Of a stretch of DNA of 64,000 bases, positions 27,301 to 47,129 are shown piece after piece (position 1 is the stretch's first letter; each line of letters starts with the position of its first letter). The notes under the pieces were generated by a model. That model was not told where the DNA came from. It searched no databases and was given only the letters and a program-made list of their open reading frames with translations. This DNA is from the human T2T-CHM13v2.0 reference genome, Homo sapiens. The stretch is from the NCBI RefSeq assembly GCF_009914755.1, contig NC_060933.1; one strand, 5' to 3'. Made by a program: the position numbers and the translations under genes.

Positions 27301-27583
27301 GGGGCTGCTGAGCACTGCTGGGAGATGTCAGGTGCAATGCACATTATCGAAGGCCCTGTGGACAGCTCGGATGGGCCAGTGGTGCCCAAAGGCCCAGTCA
27401 AAAGTGGACGAAGCATGTGTTTGGATGGACCTGGGAGATCTTGCTCAGAGATTTTGACAGGACAAAGGCAAAGGAAGGGCCAGAGTGGCCGGTGAGATGG
27501 TCACAGTCTATGGGCTGCACAGGATGGAGAAAGCCAGAGAACAGGCAGGGTGGGCAGCTGGGGTGCAGGGAGAGGCAGGTGCA

Positions 27584-28425
27584 TGCTGGGAGGTCAGACC
27601 CTGTCAGTGCTGTGGGGGCATCAGGTGGGGTGGGCTCCAGGTGTACCCTCAGTGCACTGGGCAGGTCTCAGCCCAGGCTCCCTGCACCCTGGCCGAGTGA
27701 TGCGGTCACTCCCTGGGGGACTGCCATCAGGCCCCAGCCACCCACCCTGGGCAGTGCTGTCCCATCTCAGGACTGGACTTTCTCAGATCCTGCAGAGGGC
27801 ACAACCTCCAGCCCAGGAGGGACAGCCCCATGATGCAGCCTGAGCTCTCCATGGGCCTGGAGCATCCCCTGCCAGCCCTGCACTCCCTCTTCTCCCAGGT
27901 CCCACTTTTCCAGTGTCAGCTAGCAGGGAGGCCCTGTCCTGGGCCTATGTGTCCCTTCCCTATGTGTCTCCTGGGCCGAAACTTGCGGCGGATTGGGACA
28001 GGGATGGTGCTTCCCTCAGGCCCATTTAGGGAGGGGACTGGCTCCCAGCCTGGCACAGGTCCTCAGCTCTGCCTTGGTTGCTGTAGAGTGAGAAGGATCA
28101 GTCAGTGCCCTCAAGGTAAATGTAAGAGACTGTCCATGCTGTGTGGGAGGCTGGTCTAGGGATGGAGGACTTAACAGGTCCTCCCAGTCTGTCAGGCCTG
28201 GGCAGTACTGTCCTGTCTCAGGACTCAGAATGTCCAGCCCTGCGATGGGACGGTGCTGCTCAGGGTGGGTGGCTGGGGCCTGACAACAGTCCCCCAGAGA
28301 GTGACCACATCACCCAGACAGGTCCAGGGAGCCTGGCCTCAGACCTGCCCAGTGCATTGAGGGTACACCTGGAGCCCACTCCACCTGATACCCCTACAGC
28401 CCTTACAGGGTCTGACCTCCTAGCA
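27584..28425. repeat. Inverted repeat, ~207-bp arms (27584-27792 and 28219-28425)
   Basis: ggtcagaccctgt...tgggctccaggtgtaccctca.tgcactgggcaggtct in the left arm is the reverse complement of the right arm; roughly 80-85% identity by eye. Confidence 0.9.
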
Positions 28426-29280
28426 GGGTCATTCATTCATCTGTGGTAGGGGAGTTCACCGCCCTCAGCAGCCTCCATGAAGGCCACCCCCCAACCCCCC
28501 ACCCCCCACCTACACATGCACAGAGCTGGAAGGTCTGTCCCCACCACCACTCCAGAGTGTGAGAAATGGAGAGGCAGTGGGATAGGGACTCTGTGCTTCA
28601 CATGTTGGTTGAGCTAAGAGGGCCCATCTCCATCCCAGCCTTTGTCAGGGAGAGAAGGGGCTTCCCAGGGGCAGACATTATCTATTCTCCACCAGGATAC
28701 CCAGGGTCAAGACTTCTCCCTCTTCTCAACTCAGGGTCCAGCACTCTCCCACCCAAACTTCCACTATTTTGTGACACATGAAGCTACTCGGCTGTGGTAC
28801 TTCCTGGAGCCTGCATGGAGATGTTCAGCCCTGTGACATCTCTGCAAACCTTCTCCCTACAGCTGCATAAAGTTTGAGGTAGACAGTAAGTAGTGGAAAG
28901 ATGGGTTGAACCTTATTTCAGAGTGGGATCTTCATAGGTTTTTCTCATCTTGTTTTTAGAATTTTTTGTTGTTTGTGTAAAGACAGTATTACGGAAATGT
29001 AAGATTCACTAAAGGAACTCAGGATGAAAGTGGGCTTACAGCACCACTGTCAGCATCCCTCCATGTCCTGTCGCTTCTAGAAACCAAGCCCACACCAAGC
29101 ATGGCAAAAATAAAAGCCATCACCCTCTTATGAATAAAAAACCATATATATTGTGGAATATTAAATGTTCTGCATGTACTAACATGAGAGAAAATACTTT
29201 TTCTCTACATAGAGTGAATTTTTTCTTGGGGACTTGTTTTTCCCTAGGGAAGGCTAAAAAAGAATTTGTGACTGACCAAA

Positions 29281-33104
<3,824 letters not shown>

Positions 33105-33243
33105 TTACCCGTCGCCCCAGGCCTTTACTCCCATCCTCTGTCCCCCTGGTCTCCCCATCCCAGGTCAGCTCCAGGCTGCCTATGGCCCTGGGGTGGCATC
33201 CCAGCCCTGGTAGGAAGGATGCAGGGAAGGGGAAGTGCCTCAC

Positions 33244-33304
33244 CTCTGCAGTTGTGAAAGCAGGTCCCAAGTCTCCTCCAGGCCTCTCGGGCACTCTCTA
33301 CAAG
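33244..33304 (-). pseudogene. SPATA31 exon 3 (61 nt)
   Basis: atttccag|cttgt...gcagag|gtgagg; encodes (A)CRECPRGLEETWDLLSQLQ(S); phases fit exons 2 and 4. Confidence 0.9.
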
Positions 33305-33792
33305 CTGGAAATCAGACCGGGTTAGGGCAGTGAGGGAGGGGCCTGGGATCTCACAGGAGGCTGAGTGTATGTTTCTTTAGGGAAGACCTTGGGGAATTAG
33401 ACCCTGGAATCCACCCATCTATGTCCAAAGCCACTTGGCCCCGACGGTAATAGCAAGGCATAGAGGACAGGGCTTTGTCATTCACAAAGGACTTCTACAC
33501 ACGGACCCTCCACCCCCACAGTCCTCACAACTGCCCTGTGGGGAGAAAGGACTGGGGTGGTCTCAAAAAGGAATCAGCCTTAGCAGAGTTGAACAGCTGT
33601 TCCCAGGGAGCGGGAGGCCCCCTCACCCCTCTCTGCATCCAGGCAGGCATTGGTCTCCCCAGGACACACACACTGCCCCCTGCTGGGTAACGCCCAGTCC
33701 CTGGCCCACCATGGCTTCATTCCGGCATGGAATCTGAGAAGGACCCGGGGTTCTGATTTCCCTCCTAGGAGCCCCCACCTCAGGCTTCTTCA

Positions 33793-34083
<291 letters not shown>

Positions 34084-34165
34084 TCAGGGAGCTCTGTCTG
34101 CTTCCTCCCACTCATGTTTAAATGGATGATAAACTGCTTTTCTTTTTATAAAAACAGGAAGAGGG

Positions 34166-34469
34166 GGCCGGGAGCGGTGGCTCACGCCTATAATCCGAGC
34201 ACTTTGGGAGGCCGAGGCAGGTGGATCACCTGAGGTCAGGAGTTTGAGACCAGCCTGGCCATGGTGAAACCCCGTCTCTACTAAAAATACAAAAATTAGC
34301 CAGGCGTGGTGACGGGCGCCTGTAATCCCCAGCTACTCAGGACGCTAAGACAGGAGAATAGCTTGAACTCAGGAAGCAAAAGTTGCAGTAGCCGATATCG
34401 CTCCATTTCACTGCAGCACACGTGACAGAACAAGACTCTGTCTCAAAAAATAAAATAAAATAAATAAAA

Positions 34470-34512
<43 letters not shown>
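34166..34512 (+). mobile_element. AluS in SPATA31 intron 1 with an (AAAAT)n tail and (CA)n
   Basis: Alu dimer 34166-~34470; (CA)n ~34472-34512. Confidence 0.93.
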
Positions 34513-34515
<3 letters not shown>

Positions 34516-34782
34516 GGAGGGAGTTTCAATATGAGGTCCACCATGGACGCCATCAGTCCCTGTTCCTCGGCTCCAGGAACACCCAGGCTCAGGCCCGCAG
34601 GCACCACTGAGCTGTCAGATAGGATTCTGCTTCCCAGGAGACCAGAGGAGACACCGGGCCTGGTGGGAGGCCCTCGGGGGCCCAGCACAGGCCCAATATC
34701 ACCCCACACAGAGGAGGCTAGGCCCAGAGTCACCTGCCCCAGGAAGGGGCTGATGAGCCAGGGCTCAGGGCCTGGCCTCGGA

Positions 34783-34855
34783 CAGAGACCTCCCCTGTCT
34801 CATGACCAGAGACTTCACCTGTCTCATGACCAGAGACCTCCCCCGTCTCATGACC
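34783..34855. repeat. 24-bp tandem repeat x3 in intron 1
   Basis: cagagacctcccctgtctcatgac repeated three times with few mismatches. Confidence 0.9.
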
Positions 34856-35070
34856 GGTCCTGGCCACTGAGCCCACGGGTTTGATTTTGCCTTGACGCCT
34901 CCTGCGCTTCCCCACAGATGGACTGAGAGCTTGGCATGGAAATCCCAGTACACGATCTACCCCTACCAACCCCTGGCTGCCCTGCCTCTCCCTGGAAGGA
35001 TGATGTTCTGGTCTCTCCTGAGACTTCCCATCACAGAAATCTCTCCACTGGATTTGGAAAAGTGGAACTA

Positions 35071-35394
<324 letters not shown>

Positions 35395-35698
35395 TCACAG
35401 AGCTGGGGCTTCACATCGCAAAGGGCAACTTTGTTGGGGAGGGGCAGTGAGAGGGGGAGGGGCAGTGGGAGGGAGAGGCTGAAGCACAGCCCCTCCCCAC
35501 CCCCCAAGCTGGGGATCCCTCCACCCTCCCACCTTCCAGATCCCTCCTTCCCACTAAGTTTTGTCAGTGATAGAACTCAGCCAATTTTCTATTCTTTCTC
35601 CCTGGAACACAGATATTACCTGGTTCCTTTTATCTGTTGGAGATGGTGGCTTGAAGTTACCTACTTTATAGCCCTTGAAAATCTGAAGTTGATTCTGA

Positions 35699-36189
<491 letters not shown>

Positions 36190-36236
36190 TTCTATCTCAC
36201 TTTCAATCAAAGGGACCTACCCACATACAATTAAGA

Positions 36237-36612
<376 letters not shown>

Positions 36613-38575
36613 AGATTACAACATTTAATATTCTTAAGATGGCAATACTTTCCAAAGCAATTTGCAGGTTCGGTGCAATCCCTGTTTAAATTCTAATGAT
36701 GTTTTTTGCAGAAATCAAAAAACGTATCCTAACATTTATAAGGAGTGTTAAGAAAGTCCAAATAGCCTGAACAATTTGGAATAAGAAGAATAAAGTTGGA
36801 CTCATGCTTCCTGATTTCAAAACTTACTTTAAGGCTATAGCAATCAAAACAGCGTGGTACACAGTGTGGCATAAAGACAGATATATATGTAATCCCAGCA
36901 CTTTGGGAGGCCAAGGTGGGCAGATAAGGTCAGGAGTTTGAGACCAGCCTGGCCAACATGGTGAAACTCTGTCTCTACTAAAAATACAAAAATTAGCTGG
37001 GCATGGTGACATGTGCCTCTAGTCTCAGCTACTCAGGAGGCTGAGGCAGAAGAATCGCTTGAACCCAGGAAGTGGAGGTTGCAGTGAGCCGAGATCATGC
37101 CACTGCATTCCAGCCTGGGTGACAGAGTGAGACTCTGTCTCAAAAAAAAAAAAAAAAAAAAAAGGAAGACAGATATCAGACATATAAATAAAAAGAACAG
37201 AATAGAGAGCCCAGAAATAAACCCTTGTACATATGTTCAAATGATTTTCAACCAGGGTGCCAAGACCATGTGGAAGGACAATCTTTTCAACAAATGGTGT
37301 TGAGAAAGCTGGGTACAGTGTATCCATATATAAAGAGTGACGTTGGGCCCTTATGTATACTATATACATAAACTAACTCAAACTGGATCAAAGGCCTAAA
37401 CATAAGACTTAAAACTATAAAGGTCTTAGAAGAAAAAGCATAAAGGAAAAGTTTTTTGACTTCGGTTTGGCAATGATTTATTGGATCAAAGACACCAAAA
37501 GCACAGGCAATAAAAGAATAGATAGATTTCATCAAAATAAAAATATTTTGTGCATCAAAGGACACTATCAATAGAGTGAAAAGGCAACTCATGGATTGCA
37601 AGACAATGTTTGCAGATCATACATACTGATACAAGATTAATATCGAGACTATATAAAGAACTGCCAAAACTTGACAGCAAAAGATACAAACAAGATGATT
37701 CAAAAATGGGCAAAAGATTTGAATGGATATTTCTTCAAAGAACATACACAAATGCACAAGATGCTCCACATCACTAATCTTTAGGGAAATTTAATTCAAA
37801 ACCACAATAAGATACCATTTCACATCCATTATAATGTATATTATCCAAAAAAAATAAGCAACAAGTGTTAATGAGGATGTGGAGAAATTGGAACACTTGT
37901 GCATTGCTGGTGGGAATGTAAAATAGTGAAGCTGGTGTGAAAAACTATTTGGCAGTTCCTCAAAAATTTAAAAATCAAATTACCATATGATCCAGCAATT
38001 CCACTTCTAGATAGGTATATACCGCCAAAGAATTGAAACCAGGAACTCAAACTATTACTAGCACATCAATGTTTATAGCAGCATTTCACAATAACCAGAA
38101 GGTGGAAGTAACCCAAATGTCCATCCATGGTGAATGGATTGACAAAAGGGGGTATATAAATACTAGGGAACATTACTCAGCCTTAGAGAGGAATAAAGTT
38201 CTGATTCATGCTACAATATCAACTAATTTTGAAGAAGTTGTGCCGAATGAAATAAGCCAGATACAGAAAAAGAAATACCATATAATTCTACTTATATGAG
38301 GTACCTAGAGTAGTCAAATTGTAGAGACAAAGCATAATGTTGGTTTCCAGGTTTGGGTGTACAAGGAATGGGAAATTATTGCTTAATAGATATAGATTCA
38401 GTTGGGAACATGAAAAAATTCTGTTGGGAAGATGAAGAAAAGAATGTCTGGGACGCAGATGGTGGTGATGGTTTTACAACAATGTTAATGTATTAGACTT
38501 AACACCACTGAACTGTACACTTTAAAATGGCCGGAATAGTAAGTTTTGTTTTGTATATTTTACTTCAGTAAGAAA
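36613..38575 (+). mobile_element. LINE-1 ORF2 end and 3'UTR (L1MB-type), interrupted by an Alu
   Basis: [23 protein letters not shown]...NLFNKWC remnant; 3'UTR gaggtacctagagtagtcaaatt...aactgtacacttt. Confidence 0.88.
36888..37163 (+). mobile_element. 5'-truncated AluS
   Basis: Begins tgtaatcccagc; flanking aagacagatat is duplicated. Confidence 0.92.
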
Positions 38576-39535
38576 GCCAGAATTATTAATGCCCCAAATA
38601 GGGAGATGAAGTAGAGGGTGCCTCGCATGTTAACCAAAATGATCTCTCTTTTAGACAAAGAGGATAAACATTTGCTTATGAGGGTTTTTTGTTTGTTTGT
38701 TTGTTTTTGTTATGTCGAGCCTCTTTAAAATGTTTACAAAATGTTGAAGTTCATACAATGGGATAATTTTTTTCAGTCCCTTTTTTGTTTACATACCATG
38801 TTTGCAACTTTCTGCTTTAGGCCATCAAGAAAAATGTCCAAGGGGCACTAAAACTGTCAACATTGGGAGCTAATTCGGAATATTGTCTAAAGATGTTGTT
38901 TAGGGAGATAGTTCCTCATATTTTACATTAGCTTTAGCTAAATAATATTTTAAGGATGCAATGTTTGAGTCCAAATTGTGCTTGAGGTCTCCTCATACCC
39001 ATTAAATAGACTACTGAATGGTAGGAATATTTTGATATTGTTGTTTTAAGGTGCCTCTTAAATGAACAATCGCTGCTCTCTTAGTTATAATTCACAGTTA
39101 TTATACTGGAACCCTGCTGATGTGGTGGTAAGGCATTGTAGAGGGAAAGCAGTGTGTAATTTTATGATTACATATCCATTGTCTAGTAGGCCTGAGTCCC
39201 TGGGCTCTGACCTTTAGAAGAATTTCATAGCCATTTTTTTAACCCTTTATGTGAGACAGGAAGTCTAGTGTGGGCTGAGTTGTGTAATTGCCCTTCCCCT
39301 AGGTCTGTTAAGTATTTCCTTTTGAGGACAGGTCTTTCTTAAACAGAGCCCTACGTTCTAGTTGTATGTCAAATGGTAACTTTCCCTCTCTCCCTGCCAG
39401 GTGCACAAAGGAATTTATTTTCTGTTCACAGTGAGCACCTGGTGGGGCTCCTAGAGGTAAAACTCATGTAAGTGTGGGAGAATCCAGGCTCTTTACATAT
39501 GGGAGCAGAACCAGATCTTTTAATGTGCTTATTTC

Positions 39536-40033
39536 TGTTGACCTAAAAGTAAGAGGCTGGGCTGGGCACTGTGGCTCACACCTGTAATCCCAGCATTTTG
39601 GGAGGCCAAGGCAGGAGGATTGCTTGAGGCCAGGAATTCAAGACCAGCCTAGGCAACATAGTGAGACCTCCATCGCTACAAAAACCAAAAATAAATAGCC
39701 AGGCGTGGTAGTGCATGCTGTAGTCCTAGCTAATTGGGAAACTGAGGTGAGAGGATCACTTGATCCCAGGAGTTTAAGGTTACAGTGAGCTTTGATTGTA
39801 CCACTGCACTCTAGTCTTCCAGCCTGAGCCACAGAGCAAGATCCTGTCTCTCCAACAACAACAACAACAACAACAACAAAGGAAAGTGAGGACAGCTGCC
39901 CAAAAGACTCAGACCCAAGAAACCCTGGATAGGAACTCTATATAGCCTTTATTAAAAGCAAAAAAGGGAGACAAGGAGTGGGCTGATACAAAGCGATTTG
40001 TCAGGAATTCTCATTGGTTATAGAAATAACATT
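39536..40033. mobile_element. MER31-like ERV1 LTR fragment, interrupted by AluJ and cut off at the AluY at 40034
   Basis: tgttgacctaaaagtaagaggctg terminus; gtgaggacagctgccc; caggaattctcattggttatagaaataacatt. Confidence 0.55.
39560..39880 (+). mobile_element. AluJ with an (AAC)n tail
   Basis: ggaggattgcttgaggccagg, ggcaacatagtgagacc. Confidence 0.92.
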
Positions 40034-40710
<677 letters not shown>

Positions 40711-40984
40711 TAAATAGACAAAACTATGGGTTCAGGTCAGGCCACTAATGAGCTATTTAGACAAGTCACGGACAGGGAATTTTCCCAGATCAAACCACCT
40801 AGTGGATAACAGAGTTGAGATTAGAAGCCAGATATCCTGATTTATAGGAACAAGCTTCCTGCTACAACTCACCACAGATCACTATTTGAAGGTATTCTTT
40901 TACGCACTTCTCTACTTTGTAGTCTCTTAGTCTACACTTTTATTCTTACTTTTTATTCTCAAAACTGAAGTTCTTTTTTGTCAT

Positions 40985-42235
40985 TTAATTATAGTCTATT
41001 TTTATAGCAGTTTTAGGTTCACAGCAAAATTGAGCAGAAAGTATAGAGAGTTCCATTGTATCCTCACAACCTCCTCCACTATCAGCACCACTGGGGCACA
41101 TGATGTAATTCATCGTTACAATCGATGAATTCTACGTTGATACATCATTATCACTTAAAGTCTGTCATTTACACTAGGGTTCATTCTTGATGTTGTCCAT
41201 TCTATGGGTTTTGGCAAGTATATAATGACATGTATCCACAATTATAGTATCATATGGATACTCTGATCTGTCCTCACAGAATGTCACAGAGTTGTAATCA
41301 CACAGTACATAGCATTTTCAGATTGGCTTCTTTCACCTAGAAATATGCATTTAAGTTTCCTCCATGTCTTTTCTTTCTTTGTTACATTTTATTTTTATTT
41401 TTTTCTTTTTTACACTTTATTTTTTCAGTTTTATTGGGAGATATAATTTACAAATAGAAATTTGTAAAATACATAATTTACAAATAAAAATTGTATATAT
41501 GTAAGGTGTGTAACACGATGTTTTGATATATGTATACATTGTGAAATGATTACTACTGTCAGGCTAATTAACACTTATCACATCACATAGTTATCTTTTT
41601 TTTTTTTTTTTTTTGGTGAGATCTACTCTCTTAGCAAGTTTCAAGTATTCAATACAGTATAGTCACCATGCTTCACATTAGATTTACAAAACTTATTCAT
41701 CCTGCATAACTGTTGCTTTGTACCCTTTGACCAACTTGTCTGCATTTTCCTCACCCCCAGTCTATGGTAGCTACCACTCTGCTCTCTGCTTCTGTGAATT
41801 TTGACTTTGTTAGATTTAACATATAAGTGAGATCCAGCAGTATTTGCTTTTCTGTGTCTGCCTTATTTCACTTAGCTTAATGTCCTCCAGATTCAACCAT
41901 GTTGTTGCAAATGGCAGAATTTCCTTCTTTTTGAAGGCTGACTACTATTTTGTTATTTATCAGTCTACACACACACACACATGCCAAAACCCATATAATG
42001 TACACCAAAATGTTGAGCATTTTTTCATTTGCTTTATTTGCTTTCATATATCTTTAGTGAAGTGTCTGTTTAGGTCTTTTGACCATTTTTAATTGGTTTA
42101 TTCCATTTTATTATTGATGAGTTTTAAGAGTTCTTTGTATATTTTGGATAACATTCCCTTGTCAGATATGTCCTTTGCAAATATTTTCTCCCAGTCTGTG
42201 GTTTATCTTCTTATTCTCTTGACATTGTCTTTCAC
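40985..42235 (-). mobile_element. L1MC-type 3' end with a nested L1MA-type 3' end (~41390-41960)
   Basis: gcagttttaggttcacagcaaaattgagcagaaagta (L1MC); acattgtgaaatgattac...gctaattaac (L1MA). Confidence 0.75.
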
Positions 42236-42740
42236 ATCAAACTTAATTTTTGATATAAACCTTTATGTTCTGTAATGTCTGGTTCTGTGCACTCCAAAAT
42301 ACTTTTGAATTTTGGAAATTCATGTTGAAAGGAAGTAGTTTTGTGAATTCTGAAGTACTCCCTTGAGTGACATTCCAAACTTGATGTCTTAGTTTACCCT
42401 GAAAGGCTCACATTATATGTGTCAGTAGTCACCTCTTGAGCACAAGTTCTGTGCTCTTGACATTGGGCAGGTGTAGGTCTTTGGCTATCAAGTCAGAGCT
42501 AAATAAGCCTGGATTTTGGGTCTCTTATTGGAGGGAATGTAAAACTTACTCTCACAAAAATTAAAATCTTCTGCAATACAGTAACAAACATGCAGTGCAG
42601 CTAATGGAATGTGTTATGATGAGGAGCAAAAGGATCTACCTTCTAGTGTGTGCTCCAACATGTGGTGGATGGTAACTTTGGTTAAATAAGCCTTACAAAG
42701 CCTATTTCTTTATCTGTGAAACTGGAATAATATTAACTGT

Positions 42741-43147
42741 TGTGGTGGTTAATTTTATGTCAACTTGGCTAGGCCATGGTCCCCAGTTTTTGGTCAAACA
42801 CCAGTCTAGAAGTTGCTGTGAAAATATTTTTTAGATGTAAGTGACATTTAAATAAGTAAGTAAAGCATATTACCTTCTGTAGTGTGGGTGGGACTCATCC
42901 AGTAAGTTGAAGGCTTTAAGAGAAAGGTTTTAGGTCCAAAGAAGAAATAATTCTGCCTCCAGATTACCTTTTGACTTAAGACTACAACATTAACTCTTCC
43001 TTGGGTCTCCATCCTACCCTTCAGATTTTGGACTTGCCAGCTTCTATGATCATATGAGAAAATTCCTTAAGATCTCTCTCTACACACACACACAAACACA
43101 CACACATCCTATTTGTTCTGTTTCTCTGGGGAACCCTGACTAATACA
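42741..43147 (+). mobile_element. MLT2 (ERVL) solo LTR inserted into a MIR
   Basis: tgtggtggttaattttatgtcaacttggct...gaaccctgactaataca; 5-bp TSD ACTGT (42736-42740, 43148-43152). Confidence 0.9.
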
Positions 43148-43157
43148 ACTGTTTAGG

Positions 43158-43159
<2 letters not shown>

Positions 43160-43234
<75 letters not shown>

Positions 43235-43992
43235 GTATATATATATATATATACACACACGCACACACACACAGCATATATATAGAGTATACAATGTGTC
43301 TACAGATAGTATACTATATATACACAATATATATGTAAATATATGGTATACATAGTATATATATACACAGCATATATAACACTGAATATATATCGACAGA
43401 CTGTATTATACACAGTGTATCTATATATAGATATATACACACATAAAGTATATATAGTATGTATACAGCATACTGTCTATATATAGTATACTATATACAC
43501 TATGTATGCTATATATATTTATTTGCTATATATATTATTTGCTATATATATATTTATAAGCTATATATATTTATATGCTATATATTTATATATGCTATAT
43601 ATATTTATATAGTATACATAGTATATATAATATACTATATATAGCATATATGGTATATATATAGTCTACTATATATAGACAGTATGTTATATCTCTATGT
43701 GTGTGTATATATCTATAGATATGCTGTGTATAATGGTGTGTATATATACACAGTGTATATTATATATACATATGTATATGTATATATACACAAATGTCAA
43801 ATTTATATATAATATACACTGTGTATATATACACAAATGTATATTGTAATATATATACCTATAGATAATATATTACAGTATTATATATACACTGTATATA
43901 CATCTACATGTATATTATATATACTATGTATACATATATGTACACATATATGTATATTATATACACACACACTCTCTCTTTCTCTATATATA
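43160..43992. repeat. ~830-bp compound (TA)/(CA)/(TG) low-complexity array
   Basis: Directly visible. Confidence 0.95.
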
Positions 43993-44179
43993 GGCTTTTC
44001 TGTATAATGGAGTGATCATTTCCTTGTTCTTTATTGACATTTGTTGGCCATATTTCACTTCTACAAATTGTTATAAAGGTTAAAGAGCAGATCTAGCAGA
44101 CAAAAATGAGCGTTGGAGGCTCAGTGAAGATTTGGAATGTGCTGGATTTCAGAAGCTTAAAGAACGTAGAGACTGTGAT

Positions 44180-44895
<716 letters not shown>

Positions 44896-45991
44896 ATAGA
44901 AGAGAGAAAGTTGGTTGTGAGCAAAAGGATGGGATGAAATGAAGATGACTGGATTTAGCTATTAAAGTAGTAACAGATCACCTTTTGTGAACCAGGTTCC
45001 ATAGACTGGTGATAGTAGAACTCCATTTGTATGGGTTGACCCAAGATCCCACAATGGTTTCATAAAGATTATATTTTCAGGAAGTACATTCTGGAAGAAT
45101 AAGCTCTAGGACTAACACCCTGTAGAGTTATTGAAAACACATTGACTTTCAAAGGATGTCATGCATCATCAAATGAGCAGAACGATAAGTTAATCCTGTA
45201 GGGTAGGAGTTCTATTTGTGAGTTTAAGAGTGGAGAAGATATTTTAATATTGTACTTCTTTGTTCAGGTATCTCCTCAGATTGTGTGGGAAAGTTCTTAA
45301 TAAGGAAGTTAAATAGAGAGGGATAATAACTTTTCTTAATATACAATGCACATTTGATGCCATCAAGATTGGCAAATTTCCCAGATCAAAAGCAGTTATT
45401 AGCTCACTGTTTCTTTAGCCAATATATTTTTATTCAAATTATCTACTGTGCACTGACATGAAAGAGAAACATCTATTTCTAATAAAATATGGCCTGATAT
45501 TATCTAATGTGTTAAATCTAAGGGTCATCTCAAGAATACAAAGTTTAATATAACTCCTTAAGGACTGTACTAAATAAATATCATTCTTTTGCAGTAACCT
45601 CATGACCATATTTATTTACTTTTAATTGCTGTAATAAATGACTTCTGTTCAGATAGTTTCAGAAAGATCCTCCCAGAGTTTATTCATTGGTGCAAATGCT
45701 GATGTGCAAACAGCAAGAGGCTGAATGCATGCATAATCAATAATGCATCTAGAAGCTCTCCACAGAGTTTAGTCAGAGTATCTGTTAGATCTTGTCTCTC
45801 AATATCTCATCTCTCTGGCCAATTATTCATACATTTTGGGGAATCTTGACTGCAGTAAGCCTCCTTCCTTTGGACAATGAGGGGAAAGAAATTATCCCCA
45901 GAAGGATGAAAAATATTTTTCTGCAGTGGCTCCATATATATAAGAACCTATGACTCCATGGTTATGCATAATCAGCACATATTTCAGAGTC

Positions 45992-46515
45992 CTTCATTTA
46001 TTCAACATTCATTCAAAAACACTTATTAAGTACGTTCTAGATGCCAGGCACTATTGGGAATAGAGTGGGCAAGTTCCCTGTTACCTGTATAGCATTTAGC
46101 AGAACACAGAAAAATAAACAAGTAAATCAATATATAAAGATACTTTACAGCTAGTCTAGATAGGCCTTAAAATAATAAAATGGAGTGTTATAATGCAGGG
46201 AGTGGGGTTGACTGTGCTTATTACATTAGACAGCTAAGGAAGACCTCTTAAAGGAAGTGACTTTGAGCTGAAGATTTGGGAAAAGAGATATCTGAGGCTT
46301 AGGCAATCACAATTTAAAGACCTTCAAGTAGGGTTTAGTATGTTGAAGAAAGAGAAAGGAAGCCTGCCTGACCAGAGTGTAGAGATCACAGGTAACAGTG
46401 GTATGCGGGAAGACTGTGTAAGGTCTTGTAGACAGTGATTGAGAGTTGGATTTTATTCTAACTGAATTTGGAAGTCACTGCAGTGTTTTGAGTCAGGGAA
46501 TGACATGATTTGCTT
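45992..46515 (-). mobile_element. LINE-2 fragment
   Basis: ttcatttattcaac...tgccaggcacta...gtgactttgagctgaaga...gtttttgagtcagggaatgacatgat. Confidence 0.7.
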
Positions 46516-47129
46516 TTTCTTCCTCCTGCCATTGTTCCCCTTGCTTTTTCTCGGGTGCTTTCTCATTCAGCTTTTTCACAGGTTTTCTGAGTCAATATTT
46601 CGGATAATATGTTCTCCAGATAGTTCCTGTCTGTTCAAGTAGCTTCATTCTATGAACTGGTAGTAGTTGTATTGCTACTCTTTTTTAATAATTGCATAAT
46701 TACCTCCACATTTATGGTTTAATATCACATGAAATGTGGTACTATAAAATCATATGAAATGAGATTGATTTGGTTCCATTATATCGGAGTTTGCATACTG
46801 ACAGCCTATGGGTCACAGACCGTAGACATATTTTACTTGGTCCATTCAGAATTTTACAAATAGAGAAATTTGTCATAAACACTGAGAGTAACATGATGAT
46901 CTTTTTTTGTATGTTTCTAAAGGATCATATTTGGAAAATAATATTAGAGAAAGAGCTTACAAGAAGAGACATAAGGCAAAGCAAAAAGGTAAAGAGGCAG
47001 GGGAGGCAGGTTTTACAAAGTTAAAGATGAAAGCCTGGAGATCAGCACTCATTGTATATGACATGCATTCTTTGAGACACTGTCTCTTTACAGCCATTTA
47101 CAGCTAAAGGGATCTAAGAGGCAATATAT

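Noticed and set aside
27417-28449. Several 70-138 aa ORFs downstream of SPATA31
   Set aside because: GC-rich non-coding sequence and inverted-repeat arms; no recognisable domain or exon structure
43109-43644. Tyr/Ile/Cys/Val-rich ORFs (also 3960-4321 and 9481-9804)
   Set aside because: Translations of dinucleotide microsatellites
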